From NCBI GenBank assembly GCA_963731035.1, contig CAVSUY010000015.1:50955-114954 (forward strand): a stretch of 64,000 nucleotides of DNA, written 5' to 3'. Shown here one piece after another: positions 62,445-64,000 of the stretch; the stretch's first letter is position 1; every line of letters starts with the position of its first letter. Made by a program: the position numbers and the translations under genes. The DNA is from an uncultured Gammaproteobacteria bacterium (lineage in GTDB: Bacteria; Pseudomonadota; Gammaproteobacteria; Arenicellales; JAANXG01). The notes beneath the pieces are model-generated. The model was not told the origin of the DNA. It made no database searches and saw only the letters and a list, made by a program, of their open reading frames with translations.

Positions 62445-63461
62445 TTGACTATCCGATCCGCCCCCATAAAAACCGCCGAGCACGGCGGCCGGGCCGCGCT
62501 GGCCGGCATCGTGGAGCTGGTAGACGAGGACATGCAGGGCGTGAATCGTCTCATCGCCGAGCGGCTCAGGTCCGATATCGTCCTGATCAACCAGCTGGCC
62601 TCCTACATTATCAACAGTGGCGGCAAGCGGTTGCGCCCCGTCACCGTGCTGCTGTCGGCGGGGGCCTGCCAGCAGAAGAGCGACGCCCATATCAACCTGG
62701 CAGCCATTGTCGAGTTCATCCACACCGCCACCCTGCTCCATGACGACGTGGTGGACGATTCCGACATGCGCCGGGGCCGGGCCACCGCCAACGAGCTGTG
62801 GGGCAACTCGGCCAGCGTCCTGGTCGGTGATTTCCTGTATTCGCGCTCCTTCGAGATGATGGTGGAGATCGGCAGCATGCGGGTCATGGAGATCATGGCC
62901 AAAACCACCAACCAGATCGCCGAAGGTGAAGTGCTGCAGCTCATCAACTGTGGCTCCCCGGACACCACCGAGGAACGCTACCTGGACACGATTCGCCGAA
63001 AGACCGCCAAGCTGTTCGAGTCGGCCGCCCAACTCGGCGCCGTGGCCAGCAACCAGTCTTCCGGGGTTGAGCACGCCATGGCCCGCTACGGCCTGCATCT
63101 GGGGACCGCCTTTCAGCTCATCGACGACGTTCTGGACTATGGATCGGATTCCGAAGAGCTCGGCAAGAACATCGGCGACGACCTGGCCGAGGGCAAACCT
63201 ACCCTACCCCTGATCAATGCCATGGCACGGGGCACTCCGGCCCAGAAAAAACTGCTGCGTGAGGCCATCCAGAACGGGGGCCTGGAATACATCGAAAAGG
63301 TCCAGGAAGCAATTGAATCCACGGGCTCCCTTGCGTACACTGCCCGCCGCGCGCGCGACGAGGCGGAGAAAGCCCAACTTGCCTTGTCCATCGTTCCCGA
63401 ATCGCCCTATAAACGGGCGCTGATGGACTTGGCCTTGTTTGCCGTGGAGCGCAACTACTGA
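62445..63461 (+). CDS. ispB: Octaprenyl-diphosphate synthase
   Basis: LLHDDVVDDSDMRRG and FQLIDDVLDY (the two DDxxD motifs). The start is placed at in-frame TTG 62445; the track ORF starts at 62385. The start is uncertain. Confidence 0.86.
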   Translation: MTIRSAPIKTAEHGGRAALAGIVELVDEDMQGVNRLIAERLRSDIVLINQLASYIINSGGKRLRPVTVLLSAGACQQKSDAHINLAAIVEFIHTATLLHDDVVDDSDMRRGRATANELWGNSASVLVGDFLYSRSFEMMVEIGSMRVMEIMAKTTNQIAEGEVLQLINCGSPDTTEERYLDTIRRKTAKLFESAAQLGAVASNQSSGVEHAMARYGLHLGTAFQLIDDVLDYGSDSEELGKNIGDDLAEGKPTLPLINAMARGTPAQKKLLREAIQNGGLEYIEKVQEAIESTGSLAYTARRARDEAEKAQLALSIVPESPYKRALMDLALFAVERNY

Positions 63462-63502
63462 CTGGCCCGTCGCCGCCGTTGTGAGGAACGAAGCGCAGCC
63501 CC

Positions 63503-63581
63503 GGATTGTAGGAGCGGCTTCAGCCGCGATTAGCAGTATACGCGACGTCCCTGATCGCGGCTGAAGCCGCTCCTACAATCC
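63503..63581. repeat. Inverted pair of REPs
   Basis: GGATTGTAGGAGCGGCTTCAGCCGCGAT (63503-63530) and ATCGCGGCTGAAGCCGCTCCTACAATCC (63554-63581). Confidence 0.88.
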
Positions 63582-63659
63582 GGCAGGATAACGTCCTGAG
63601 GCTCGCAACGACACCGGCGCTGGCAAGCCAGATGCCGGCCGGAAGGAAAGACCTGAAAT

Positions 63660-63736
63660 CGGGGTGTAGCTCAGCCTGGTAGAGCACTGTCTTCGGGAGG
63701 CAGGGGCCGCGTGTTCGAATCACGCCACCCCGACCA
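63660..63736 (+). tRNA. tRNA-Pro (anticodon CGG)
   Basis: CGGGGTGTAGCTCAGCCTGGTAGAGCACTGTCTTCGGGAGGCAGGGGCCGCGTGTTCGAATCACGCCACCCCGACCA. 7-bp acceptor, anticodon stem CTGTC/GGCAG, loop TTCGGGA, T arm GCGTG-TTCGAAT-CACGC, encoded CCA. Confidence 0.92.
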
Positions 63737-63762
63737 CAGTTGTTCCTTCAAATATAACTCAG

Positions 63763-64000
63763 TTATATGGTGCCGCCGACCAAGCCGCTCAGAAACTCTG
63801 TGAACGGCACAATATTCTGCTTCACACTCGCCTCCTCAAGCGCCGCCAGATAGGTCTCGCGCTGTTCGACCGGGACCACCGTCCATGGATAGCCGCCGGA
63901 CGCCAGCATGACATTCATCAGGAATCGGCCCATCCGGCCGTTGCCGTCCATGTAGGGATGGATATAGACAAAAACGAAGTGACCGAGTACGACACGCACC
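63763..64000 (-). CDS. Fic/DOC-family protein; the N-terminal part lies beyond the right edge of the window
   Basis: Contains the Fic active-site motif HPYMDGNGRMGR. Stop TAA at 63763-63765, inside the palindrome ATATAACTCAGTTATAT (63752-63768). The reading frame is still open at 64000. Confidence 0.8.
   Translation of the reverse strand, partial: VRVVLGHFVFVYIHPYMDGNGRMGRFLMNVMLASGGYPWTVVPVEQRETYLAALEEASVKQNIVPFTEFLSGLVGGTI

Overview
GC-rich (about 60-65 % by eye) proteobacterial chromosomal segment. It is mostly housekeeping genes, in an order I recall from the Pseudomonas fimT/pilVWXY1E - lspA - ileS - ribF - murJ - rpsT - proB - obg - rpmA - rplU - ispB region. Left to right: ftsH (partial); a TolC/adaptor/ABC (MacAB-like) exporter; a TIR-domain gene translationally coupled to an Asp/Glu racemase; a GntR-controlled hydrolase / flavin reductase / LLM monooxygenase / aldehyde dehydrogenase operon; a double-PilZ protein; an Lpp-like lipoprotein flanked by two YkuD enzymes; yihY; an MFS gene; clpB with a sigma32 promoter; EAL and HD-GYP c-di-GMP phosphodiesterases; an acyl-CoA synthetase/acyltransferase pair; nadC, pgeF, rluD, bamD, nadE; a DUF482 GNAT; aat, bpt, infA, lexA (with SOS box); two cobalamin genes; ampD; tRNA-Thr; a type IV minor-pilin cluster; then the lspA-to-ispB block, tRNA-Pro and a partial Fic gene. 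Main observations: (1) a roughly 6 kb PilY1-like gene is readable only by hopping frames at least 17 times and has one in-frame TAG. Four other accessory genes also have broken frames, while more than 15 kb of essential genes are intact. (2) Two dispersed repeat families are present, including a 102-bp x 5.7 perfect tandem array starting in the bamD stop codon, a 13-bp x 12 array, and a REP that supplies the lspA stop codon. (3) Four phased CCGTTCGTC-type (AlgR/LytTR-like) boxes lie in front of pilV. (4) A TIR-racemase bicistron. (5) An Irr-like Fur regulator sits inside the pilus cluster. (6) L21 carries a helix-hairpin-helix extension. I saw no CRISPR array, rRNA, transposase or integrase. 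All coordinates of frame breaks and alternative starts were derived by eye and are approximate.
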